A DNA stretch of 64,000 nt. Origin: Octopus sinensis (Eukaryota). Location of the stretch: contig NC_042999.1 in assembly GCF_006345805.1 (NCBI RefSeq), positions 123,256,001-123,320,000 of the forward strand. The letters are read 5' to 3'. Shown here one piece after another: positions 28,096 to 39,127 of this stretch (its first letter is position 1; the number at the start of each line of letters is the position of its first letter). Under the pieces are notes generated by a model. That model was not told where the DNA came from, searched no databases, and was given only the letters and a program-made list of their open reading frames with translations. The position numbers and the translations under genes were made by a program.

Positions 28096-28322
28096 TTAAC
28101 CCTTTTGTTACCATATTTCTGTTGAGATGCTCTGTGTTTCTTTCAAATGATTTTAAATATAACAAAGAATTTAGTAAAATAACTTAGTTATCATTAAGCT
28201 AGTGTTATGAACATAAATTGTGACTAAGGTTTGGTGGAAGATTTTAATTCAAAACTTATGAAAACAAGACTATACTACAGTGCCAGAGGCGGTTTTGGCC
28301 GGGTTGGTATCAAAAGAGTTAA
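28096..28322. mobile_element. piggyBac-type MITE with TTAA target duplication. A related partial copy lies at about 16097-16340.
   Basis: TTAA-CCCTTTTGTTACCA ... TGGTATCAAAAGAG-TTAA. Confidence 0.75.
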
Positions 28323-28889
28323 GAACTGATATAGCTGTGTAGAGTGCAATTTAGTTCATATTTTTCCTTGACAAATACTTTTACTACATACAGTATAGTT
28401 TACGTTATTCATCAATACTACTTTCTGTAAACCATATCAAGTATAAGCAAGTTAGTTGTATTTCGTTTTCCCAATCTGTATCCTTAAAAATTGTGAAACA
28501 TGAAATGTTCTTACAAACAGATTTCAAGTGTAAATGCTGAAGTAGTAAGATACACTATATTGAAGCAGTTTAGTTTTTTTTTATTTTTAAATAATTAAAT
28601 GTCTTTAGATGTCTATAAAATCACATTCACAGTCAGCTATTAATCCTAATGATTTTTATTAGATAGCAGTTCAAACTGATTGCAAGAAATAGTTCTAATG
28701 TACATTACAGATGTACTCTGTTTGAAAACTGAAAAACATTCTCAAATATACTTAATATGCAGATAATATTGTTCTTATTGTTGAGAACAAGTTGCATTGA
28801 TAGGGCATGCTTAGCTCATTAATGTCAGAAAGTACAGCCTGGGATATCATTTCTCTTTTTCATAAGGAAACCTCATTATCATTGTAATC

Positions 28890-29930
28890 TCATCATCATC
28901 ATCATGTTTTCCATTCCTTATTCCATTCTTGTATTCTTTGATGAGTCTTTTCCAACTATATTTTGGCACTTGTTGCAGCCACTCATTATTTCTTTTGTAA
29001 GATTCAGTATCCTGAGATCAGTTTTCACTACTTCTCATGTCTTCCTCAGTCTTTCTTTTTGGATCTCTTAGAACTTCTTTACTAAACAGTCATGCTCCCA
29101 TACACATAACTATACCAGTGTGGTCTCTCCTGTTGCACATTACTGCTGATGTTTCTTATATCTAGTTTTGCTCTCAGTTCATTTGTATTTCATTGTTGAT
29201 GCACACCATACAGCAGAGCATATTAACCTCATTTCTTTTTCAGCCTTTCGCACATCCTCTGCATTTGATGCCCATATTTTCTACCACACAGCACTGTACC
29301 CTGTACACCAATATCATATAATCTATTCTTGCTTTGATGAGAGAATCCCTTTATTGTCAAAAATGACAATAACTCCTTAAAACATTTAACCTTGTTCTTA
29401 CTTAGGCTACTATGTTTCCAGTGCACTCACTTCCACTGTAGATTATGTCTTCTAGGTAGAGAAGCTATCAGTCTTTCCTAAGTATTTACTTCATGGATGC
29501 TCTTACTGCTAACTACTGTGTTATAGCTATCACATTCAAAGACTTCCTCCTTCTCTGCCAGCCTGCTTATGATCCCACTGCATTTCTTGTATATCCTTAA
29601 TTTATAATAGGGATGTTAAACAGAACACTTACCTACAAGAGTTGGCAAGCATTTCTCAAATGGCAGCAAAATATCTTCTTTCTTGTGGACTTTTATCTTT
29701 GCTAGATTTATTTTGAGGCTTCTTGATTTTTTATTCAGAATTTCTTCTGTAATCTGTGATTGATGCAGCTGTGAGACCTAGACTGTTGGCTCATAGGCAT
29801 TCCCATGAGAAATTAGGCTTACACTCCTCCATAATTACTTGAAAAACTATGATAAACAGGTGGTTGTGGTGGTAGTGGAGGGGCTGAGAACTGAATCCAG
29901 GGTCTGTACAAGCCATTTATTTGTAATTGG
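28890..29930 (-). mobile_element. Decayed RTE LINE 3' portion with (GAT)n tail
   Basis: (CAT)n at about 28890-28905 on the plus strand. Minus-strand RT-thumb-like fragments (KCFKELLSFLTIKGFSHQSKNRLY...). Confidence 0.65.
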
Positions 29931-31059
29931 TTTTCTTAAAGATGAAATGATCACTGGACTACAGAGCATAGTACCTGCTCTGAATCAATGAATGCTAGGT
30001 AAAATGGTTTACTCTTAGCTAAGAACTTGCCTTTTAGTTATCTACTAGGAAAAGGGTGTTAGTATCAAAAGGGGAAAAAAAACACAGGTACTGATATGCT
30101 TAATAATTGTGGCTGATATCATGGCAAGGCAAATTCTCATTTCCAAACACCAAAGCAATATCAGTTAATTAGATTGAAATATCAAAAAGGGAATCTTAGA
30201 AGCAAAATTAACAATCACACAAATTGAAAATAATAATAATAATAATATAATAATAATAATAATAATAACAATAATAACAATAATAAACTGAAATGTTTTC
30301 CTTCAAGTAAGAAAGTAAGCTTTCCAAACTTGCCTTTGTGAACGATTGCAAAATTACCATGCTAAATGGAAGTTTGGAAAAATCCCTGCTAGCAAGAAAA
30401 ACATTGATGTCTTTACAGAATATTAAAAATCCATTAGAAGGCAAAGAAGTTGAAGAAAAACATCAAGAAATAAATAAAATAAAGATATTATATCAAATTC
30501 TTTGAAAATACTAGGCAACATTCACATGATGATATGAGCTTGTTCAGCTCATCACTCTAGAGAATTAACCAAGGACAAGTCATTAGAGAGAGAGAGATAG
30601 GGAGAAGTAATGATGTACATTCAACTGCTCACTGCTTAAATCTGAATAACTGTATAGCAAAAACTAAATAATGATGATGATAATAATAATAATAGCATAA
30701 TTATTCGTGTGTGTGTGTGTGTTTTTATACAAATAACTATTGTTGAAGTTAACAACAAAACTCTGTTTGATCAGAGTTCAGATCCCACTGTGGTTGAGTT
30801 TCCTTTCTTCTTTCTAGGATTGATAAAATATGCACCACTCATATGATAGAATGGAAGGTAGGAAGGCAACAAAATGATATAATGGGTTGTACCCACTCCC
30901 TTCAAAGTTTGTGGCCTTTTGCCAATATTAGACTTTAAAATCATTTTTAAGGTTTCATAAGATACTGCTGTAGAAAAAAATAATGTAGACATATGGTTTC
31001 ATCTCTTGTTAAATCTTTTCCTCTTTATTTACATAACTAACGTTCTAGGCAAAAGTATA

Positions 31060-31480
31060 AACATGTCCACTTTAAATGGATAGTGCCAGAAACAGTTGTG
31101 ATAGGCAGTAATGAAACAGCATGAATCATATCAGAAGTTGATCTCTTTCACTGGTTTCTGTTTTCAGCTGTGGGTGTCAGTCTCATATTGTGTCTAAAGA
31201 TATCCTTGTATCTGAGGTCTACCTGAATTTTCATACTACTTGATGATTCTGATAGAGTATTTGTTGTGACATCCAGGTTTTTTTCCATTTGTTGGACATG
31301 CTCAAGTCTGTGGATGTTTTGTTGCACCAATATCTCTTCCATGTGAGGGACTGGCTTTTTCTAGGATAACAATGTTTCTGCTCTTATATCTCCATATGAT
31401 GTTGATAGTTTGTCTCAGATGTCTTATCATAAATACATGCAGTTTTTTTCTCCTGCTTTTATCGGTTTGTGGCATAAAAT
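31060..31480 (-). mobile_element. Decayed RTE (BovB-like) LINE fragment
   Basis: MEEILVQQNIHRLEHVQQM...LRYKDIFRHNM resembles the RTE consensus SIE..L....LRW.GHV.RM...LRYKD. Confidence 0.6.
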
Positions 31481-32812
31481 GCCTGCCTCTGACCTACAGA
31501 ACAGACAAGATAATATTGTTTGCATAATTTACTCTTCACATAGACTGACTTGTGTTTGTTGTTTCACAGTCACTTACTCAACATTTTGATTGTTGAGCTG
31601 GTTTTGCTCATTTTGGAAATTCGTTTATCTTTGAGCTTCTCTAATCAACAATTATTGCCTATGATAATTACTGCTGCCACTGTCTTCTTAAAGTGAGCAT
31701 GTAATATTCATGCCTTTGCCAAGAACATTAGTTGTGTAAATAAAGAGTAATAGATCTAACATGTGTCAGTATTCGTCTGATAAACAGCTTAACTATTCCA
31801 GATGTTATTTTTCCAACCAAATGGTTTCATGTTAGTTCAACACACATATACAAATGTAATACTTGAATACATTGTCAGCATTGTATCCTGGAGATTACTG
31901 GGTGTTTCAGGTCTTACAACTTAAACCCTCATCCAGGCAAACTGACCTAGGTTGATCAAGCCTAGGCCTAATTCTGTGTCCAAGTAGCATTCTACTGACC
32001 CTACCAATCACCCCTTTTCAGAAATATATCCTCTTCATCATTATCATTTAACATGCTTTCCATGCTGGATGGTTTGACCAGAGATGGTCAGCTGGAGAGC
32101 TGCTCGGGCTCCATGTCTGTTTTTGGCTTGACTTTTATGACTGAATGCTCTTCCTAACTCGAACCACTTTACAGAATCTACTGGATTCTCTTACATAGCA
32201 CCTGCACAGGTGCTTTTATGTGGAACCAGCACAGGTTCTTTTTACATGGAACTGGATCCACAAGTCCAAAAGATGAAGAACACTCAGCTGAAGAGGGATG
32301 CTGGATACATGCCTGTGTGCAAGAATGACCATGTATTTTAATTCTATAAACCCCCAAATAATGATTAGCACAAAGTCATAAGGCTAAGTTTTGTACATGA
32401 TAAGCATAATCAAATAAATGGACATCATCACATGCCTGGTACTTATTTTTCCATCTTCTGAAGGATAAGAGAGAAAGTCAACTTTTGATGGGATTTGAAA
32501 TCAGAATATAAATGATCAAAACATAATACTGTAAAGAATTCAGTCTGACATTGTTATAACAATACAATATAAAACAGGTTCAAGAATATCAATGTGAATC
32601 CTCCATTTCGTAATTCTTATATGCTTATATACATACATATATAGAGAGGCATCACTTTCTCAATTTTTCCTGCCATATTAACTTGTTTTTCATGCTGTTG
32701 TTTTGCTTTTATTACTATCACATAGAACTATTTTTATATCATTTGATGTTTTTTGAAAAATAATATCAACCATTTTTACTATATTTTTGTTTTGTTTTTT
32801 TTTCTTCTCCAG

Positions 32813-33158
32813 GATGAAGATAATGATGAGGGTCCAGTAGATGGTCCCTATGTAATTCCAACTCAGATTGGTAAAGAGACACTACGTATTGGGAAGAGCT
32901 TGGATAGAAGGGACCCATCATGGAGTAGACAGAATGTCGTAACCATGACAGCAGAAAGCAGGGGTGAGACGGGGTGTGATTCTGGGTCTGGAGAACGTCG
33001 CAGTGGTGGAAATCGAAGACCTGGAAGACTACTTCCGCCTACTTCTGTGATGGTAGCGCTGTCCATTGTGGCAATGGCAACAGCAGCTTTGTGTGCGTAT
33101 TGTTCAATGAGTGGATCCAATGTTCTCACTGTCAGCATTCCTTCAAGTGCCCTCTTAC
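32813..33158 (+). CDS. Exon A of an EGF/TNFR-repeat type II membrane protein: N-terminal tail plus signal-anchor helix (DEDNDEGPVDGPYVIP...MTAESRGETG...RRPGRLLPPTSVMVALSIVAMATAALCAYCSMSG...SALL)
   Basis: Long pyrimidine tract ending ctccag at 32812. The frame is open across the whole exon (ORF 32753-33220). Donor is C|gtaagt at 33159 (phase 1). A hydrophobic stretch at about 33047-33106 is preceded by Arg-rich residues. In-frame ATG in good context (accATGa) at 32945. Confidence 0.85.
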
Positions 33159-33244
33159 GTAAGTTATATGCTTCTTATTTTAAATTTTTCTTTTTACATC
33201 ATATTTATACTGACTGCTGAATTAGTACAAAATATTAATTTATA

Positions 33245-33455
33245 ACATTGCTTTCAAATTTTGGCACAAGAACATCAATTTCAGTGGAGAGGGTAAGTCA
33301 ATTACACCAATCTCAATACCCAATACTTACTTTATTGACCCTGAAAGGATGAAAGCCAAAGTTAACTTCAGTGGAATTTGAGCTCAGAATGTGAAAACAG
33401 ATGATATACTACTAAGCATTTTGCCCAGCATGCAAACAATTCTGTCAGCTTGCTA
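33245..33455 (-). mobile_element. Family-B SINE antisense in the intron after exon A. Other copies: 34485-34650(+), ~42300-42480(+), 63785-64000(+)
   Basis: Reverse complement of gcaagctgacagaattg...ctgagctcaaattccactgaagttaac...ctttcatcctttcagggtcaataaagtaag. Confidence 0.8.
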
Positions 33456-34174
33456 TCTATATTTATTCCTAATGTTATTTTACAATACATACTGCTAAAA
33501 TTGTGCCTCTGGTTCAAATTCTGCCTGGATTTTTATATGTCTGATGTATAATTAACTCCAGGTTAGATTAGCTAAACAAGATAAAAAATGGAGTCAAGGA
33601 CAGGAAGTTAAACCAATTAGATGTTATAGTATCAATTTTACAGTTCACAGTCAAAAATGACTTCCAAGTCCTGGAAGAGGTAGTTTTCAAAAACAAACCA
33701 TATCTCTCACCTTTCTAAGAAACCCAAACATATAGTGCATAGTTGACATTTTAGAAAACAAAAAAATTACTTCTGTGTAGCATTTCAATTAAAATATATT
33801 TAATAGAATGCTGTATGAGTTTTTCTTTCATTTTTCTTATAATTGTTTCCAGTCTCTCTTTGATAAGTTAGCTTGTAACACAAATGAAGTTCCATGTTTT
33901 GACTACTTTTAACATTACAATTCATATTACAAAAATTTATAGAGTTGATAATTTTTATAATAAACATTATACTTTAAAATTGAACTCATATTCTTATATC
34001 AATGTATAATATTTCATGCATAGTACCTATGTGAAAAGAAGCACTCAGAACTTTTTTTATATCTATATTTTCATAAGTCAGTCTGTCAAATATTTAGAAT
34101 CAGAATCTTGAACCAGATTATAATTAAATAAATTTAGCCAGTCTTTAACAAGAATTTATCATGAAAAGTTTCAG

Positions 34175-34875
34175 GCTTGGTTGAAGTGTGGTAAAAAGTT
34201 TGCTTCCCAACCATATAGTTTTGGGTTCAGTTCCACTGATTTGAACCATGGGTTTTTAAGGTATGGCTGTGTGGTTTTAAAGGTATGGCTGTGTGGTAAG
34301 AAGTTTGTTTTCCAACCACATGGTTCAGGGTTCGGTCCCATTGTGTGGCACCTTGGGCAAGTGTCTTCTACTATATCTTCAGCTTTGTACGTGGATTTTA
34401 GTAGATGGAAACTGAAAGAAACCCTTTGTATGTATATATATATATATATATAATATATATATATATATTATATATATATATACAGGGTGGCAAGCTGGCA
34501 GAATCGTTAGCATGCTGGTTGAAATGCTTACGTTCTGAGTTCAAATTCCACCAAAGTCAGCTTTGCCTTTCATCCTTTCAGGGTCGATTAAATAAGTACC
34601 AGTTACACACTGAGGTCGATGTAATCGACTTAATCCCTTAGTCTGTCCTTTTGTGTCTGTGTGTGTCCCCCACCACTGCTTGACAACCAGTGTTGGTGTG
34701 TTTATATCTCCATAACTTAACAGTTTGACAAAAGAAACTGATAGAATAAGTATTAGGCTTTAAAAAAAGTATGAAGTAAGTTCTGGTGTCAATTTGTTCA
34801 GCTAAAACCCTTCAAGGCAGTGGTCTAGCATGGCTACAGTCAAATGACTGAAACAAATAAATGATAAAAGATAAA
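34175..34875 (+). mobile_element. Family-A SINE with duplicated head, split by a family-B SINE inserted in its internal (TA)n
   Basis: A-head twice (about 34175 and 34270), A 5' half to 34430, (TA)n, B copy 34485-34650, A 3' half 34655-34875. Confidence 0.8.
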
Positions 34876-37167
34876 TTGTGTGTTTGATGAAATTGAATTT
34901 TATTTGAAAATATTTGAGTTGTTTCTTTAATCTTGGACATCTATAACCCTATTACTGGTTTATTATTAACAATTACCCTTCTCTATTCAAAAATTATGTT
35001 TTTCCTGGTCAATGTTCTCTAATATTAAATTTGTTAAATTTTTTTTTAGCTAAAAGAAATTAATATTTAATCATTCCAAAGTAAAAAATTGCAAAATTAT
35101 TTCAATATCTTGTTGCTTTCAAAATTGGCTTTCACTTTCTTATATGCATATCATAAAAGCCATTTATGCTTTTATTAAATTTTTTAAAAAAACAGTCATT
35201 ATGTCTTAACTTTTCAGATAAAAATTAAACTATTAACATTGTAATGCTTTTTCACTTTATGATTTTTATGATCTTTTCATATGTTGACAGGGGATTTGAG
35301 GGTTCTCTAAATTTAGACATTGCCATTAATTAATGGGTAGAAATGTTAATAATTATAATTTTGTTTTAGTTCTGCTTTCAATGAGTACATGTAGAAAAGT
35401 AATGTGACTCTAATACTAGGAATCTAGAAAATTACTTTTAAATCTACAAAAATCAAAAATTAAAAAAATAAATAAGTTATAGATTTTTCTTCTTTTAATC
35501 AGCAAACATATTCCAGCAGTTGCCTCCAAATATTTAATTTTTATTAAAGCAACAACCTTAAAATTCTTTGGTTTTGAAACCTAATACTGAGAAACAAACA
35601 TATCAAGATCACTCACATTCCTTATACCTCCAGATCTGAATATAACAAGTAGATTATATTTTCGAAGTTTAATTTTTTTCTTATATTAAACAGTAATTAA
35701 ACTATTAAAGAGGCTAAAGTACAAAATAAAGTCTCCATTTGTTCAGAGAGTTATTTTATTAGCAGTTATGCACTGACTTGAAATATGCAAGCAAAAGTTA
35801 TTCAACAAGTTTTACAAATTTTACAAAGCCAGCAGAATAACTAGTTCAGTTTGAGTTTGTGACCACTCGTCAGAACTTAATAAAGTTTGCTTGGTTTTTT
35901 AATAACATTAAAAGCATTCTGAATCCCTTTTGATAACTCTCTAAGAGAATGCTAAAGAAAAAAATCTGTTTTAAATCTGGGATAATTGCTGAAATTCAAG
36001 TAGTGAAGTGGTAGTCCTTATTAGCACTAATTTATTTGAGAAAAATATTTTTCGTCTCAGAATACCAAAATATTTCAATTTATGTCTACTTTGCATAATT
36101 TTTCATAATAACAAACTTGGGATGGTTATTCACTATTTATTGGAATTGAAGTGGTACTGGAAACTGGTAGTCAAGTAATATCCGGTGATCTCTTCTAAAT
36201 ATCACTAAATGTCAATTTAGCAAGTGTAGTATTTTATTGTTATGTTTATTGCCTAAATTCATACCCCAGAGAACAGTGGCCACATTCCTTTTCTCTATAT
36301 TCTTTTCTGCAATATAAGCATTATGGGAAAGTCTACTATTTAAAGCATGACAGTCGTTTTACATTAGACAGAAATTAAATATGGGTGGGAAACAAATTCA
36401 CTATAGGTTTATTTCTCATAAAGTATTCTTTCTTCTTAATGTTATATTCTCATATGAATCAAGTTATCTTACTGATAGTTTCACAAGTTCATTCGTCCCT
36501 TTCATAATACCCTTGTGATTAAACATGTGTAGCTAACTGGAAATTGATATCAAAGTAACCTTTAACCTTAAATAAATTTTACATTAGTTTAAGAAGCACT
36601 TAAATACTATTAGTTTTTTTAAAGAAATTATATTCTTGATAAAAAGATTTATATATAATTATTACAACATAATCAATTATGCTTTTTCTCTGTATTGCTA
36701 TATTGATATTTTATAACAATTATTTAACTTCAGTTTATACTTCCTTATGTAAACTCTAACTTATTCTTAAATAACTTAATTGTTGTTTTTTTTTTGGGCT
36801 TTAAAACAATGACAAACATTTCATATTGTTGAACACATGTCATAGTTTCAGTTGAAGAAAAGAATTCTTTAAATTTTAACCCTATCATTTTGTACAGTTG
36901 TTAATCATATAAACATTTTCCAATTGTACTATTGTCATTGTATTATGCTCTTTAGCGTATGATTATTGTTCTTCTTTCAATCTACCTTTCTTTAAAGGTG
37001 TTCCATTCCCATTAAATGACAATTGTTAGTGTCAGGCTATAAATCCAATTATATAATGTTGACTGTTATAAAAGATAAATCAATACTAGTCAACACCAGA
37101 AATAAGAAACAAGGCAGAATATATTTTATTTCTATTCTTAACATGTAGAGGCGCAAAAACTAATTGT

Positions 37168-37400
37168 AGAGGCGCAATGGCCTAGTGGTTAGGGCAGCGG
37201 ACTCGCGGTCGCAGGATCGCGGTTTCGATTCTCAGACCGGGCGTTGTGTGTGTTTATTGAGTGAAAACACCTAAAAAGCTCTACGAGGCTCCGCAGGGGG
37301 TGGTGATCCCTGCTGTACTTTTTCACCACAATGGCGGTGCCCCAGCATGGCCACAGCTCAAGAGCTGAAACTGGAAAAACAAACAAAACAAAAAAAAAAC
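37168..37400 (+). mobile_element. Young CpG-rich tRNA-headed SINE (family D). A second copy lies at about 53215-53400(-).
   Basis: GGCGCAATGGCCTAGTGGTTAGGGCAGCGGACTCGCGGTCGCAGGATCGCGGTTTCGATTC has intact A and B boxes but no tRNA 3' acceptor stem. 3' end ggcggtgccccagcatggcc...ctgaaac plus an A-rich tail. Confidence 0.85.
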
Positions 37401-37489
37401 ATAAATGTTTTTGCTGTTTTCATATTTTTTTTACTGTGTCCATTTTATTTAAATCTGTGTATTTATGTATAACTTTATTTTTCTTTTAG

Positions 37490-37576
37490 GTCGAGTGCGA
37501 AGTTTTACTGAACATCCGAACCTGTCTGAGTTAACTCTGAATATCACTACGCTACATGCAAACTTCAGAATTCTTG
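37490..37576 (+). CDS. Exon B: stalk with furin-type site (R)RVR/SFTEHPNLSELTLNITTLHANFRIL
   Basis: Acceptor tttcttttag|G and donor G|gtaagt. 87 nt, phase 1-1, open in the frame inherited from exon A. Contains two N-glycosylation sequons (NLS, NIT). Confidence 0.8.
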
Positions 37577-37895
37577 GTAAGTAAATTTACACTCATACTG
37601 ATTTTTACATTTTCAAACAGCAATTGTTGCACATGGTGCATTTGATGGACATACAACCTGAAATGGAAAGAATTGAATTCAAGAATATTTACTGAAATAG
37701 ATGGGAAATAATTTCTGAAATACCAAAATAACTATTTTGTAAAGTAAAAAGGTAAATTTACTGAATATTGTTTGAAAATACAGCCAAACTAAAACCTAAA
37801 GCATTATCATAATCATCAAGAAGAAATGTGTTGAAAATCAAATTTGGTCTTGTTACAAATATGTAAAAAGGAGACAAATATCGTTTAGATGCAAT

Positions 37896-39127
37896 TATTG
37901 AGTCATCCCATAAATAATGCAGTTTTTTTATACTGCTATTATTTTTCAAAATTAAGAGAAACAAAGTTCTTTTTAAACTAAAATATCCTCTCCTTCATTT
38001 TCTACAATGCTTTTCCATCTATCTGGTAGACTTGCAAGGCCCCTCTTACAAAATTCACTTGTCCATGACGAAAAATATTCCTCCAGTATTGCTCTGACCT
38101 TGTCTACAGAATTCATATTTTTTCCGTCCAAATGATTTTGAAGACTGCAGAATAAATGATAATGAGATGGGGGAATGTCTGACAAATATGGTGGATGGGG
38201 CATTGTTTCCCATTCAAACTGTTCCAGCCTTTAAAATGTCATCCTCACTGTATACAGCCGAGCATTATCCTGAGGGAAGAACACCTTTTGTCTTGAAATC
38301 AAAGATGGTTGTTTTTCTTCTAACACTGACTTAAGCCACTCAAGCTGCTCACAGAAGATTTCTTTTGGTTTGTGTTTAAAAGTTCAAAGTGGACTAAACC
38401 TTTCATATCCCACCAAACAGGTAACAGCACATTACGTGGGTGAAAAACCTTCTTTAGCCTGAAGTGCTGGTGTTTCTCCTTTCCCTACCTACTGTCTTCG
38501 GCACTTGACATTTTTATAGAGAACCCATGTCTCATCACCAGTCATTATTCAGTCCAAAAAAGGTTCACTCATGAGATGTGACAGCAAAGAAGAGCACACA
38601 TTCTGCATCTGATTAGACTTGGAAAGTTTGTGAGGAACCCATTGACCCAATTTGCTGAATGGTTGAATTACCAAATTCAAGCTTCTCTGTTAGTTCCTCA
38701 ACAGTTATGATGAAATTTTGTTCCACCGGGGTTTGCGGGATGTCCTCATCAAGCTCTACAGATCTTCCAGGACAAAGCTTGTCTTCTAGGCTGTAGTTTC
38801 CAGCTTGGAATTTCTGGAACCACTGTTGACACTAGCTTACGCTTGTTGTCCATTCCCCATACACTGCATTAATACTCTTTACACTTTCTATTGCATTGTT
38901 GCCTTTATTGAACTCAGAAAGTAAATTATGCCAAATATACTCTTTTGTCACTTCCATTATAGTTTTGCAAAAATGACTGTTAAAACTGAATTTGCACTAA
39001 GTATAAGGACAAGGTAAAATTACTACCTGCTTTTATAGCAAGATGATGCAGGTAGTTTATCCTGCCCCCTCCAACTTTTAGTTTATGCATTTTAAAAAAT
39101 ATGCATTATTTATGGGATGGCCCAATA
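37896..39127 (-). mobile_element. Full-length (about 1.23 kb) decayed mariner (DD34D) element
   Basis: TIRs TATTGAGTCATCCCATAAATAATGC / GCATTATTTATGGGATGGCCCAATA with TA ends. Minus strand encodes WWDMKGLVHFELL, QDNAR and HPPYLSDIPPSHYHLFCSLQNHLDGK with stops and frameshifts. Confidence 0.9.

Noticed and set aside
30208-30510. Open frames on both strands beside an (AAT)n repeat
   Set aside because: Low-complexity A-rich sequence with no consistent phase link to either gene.
32863-33138. Antisense 91-aa ORF
   Set aside because: Shadow of the GC-richer real exon A.
37170-37245. tRNA gene
   Set aside because: A and B boxes are present, but there is no acceptor-stem 3' half. It continues into a SINE body and tail.
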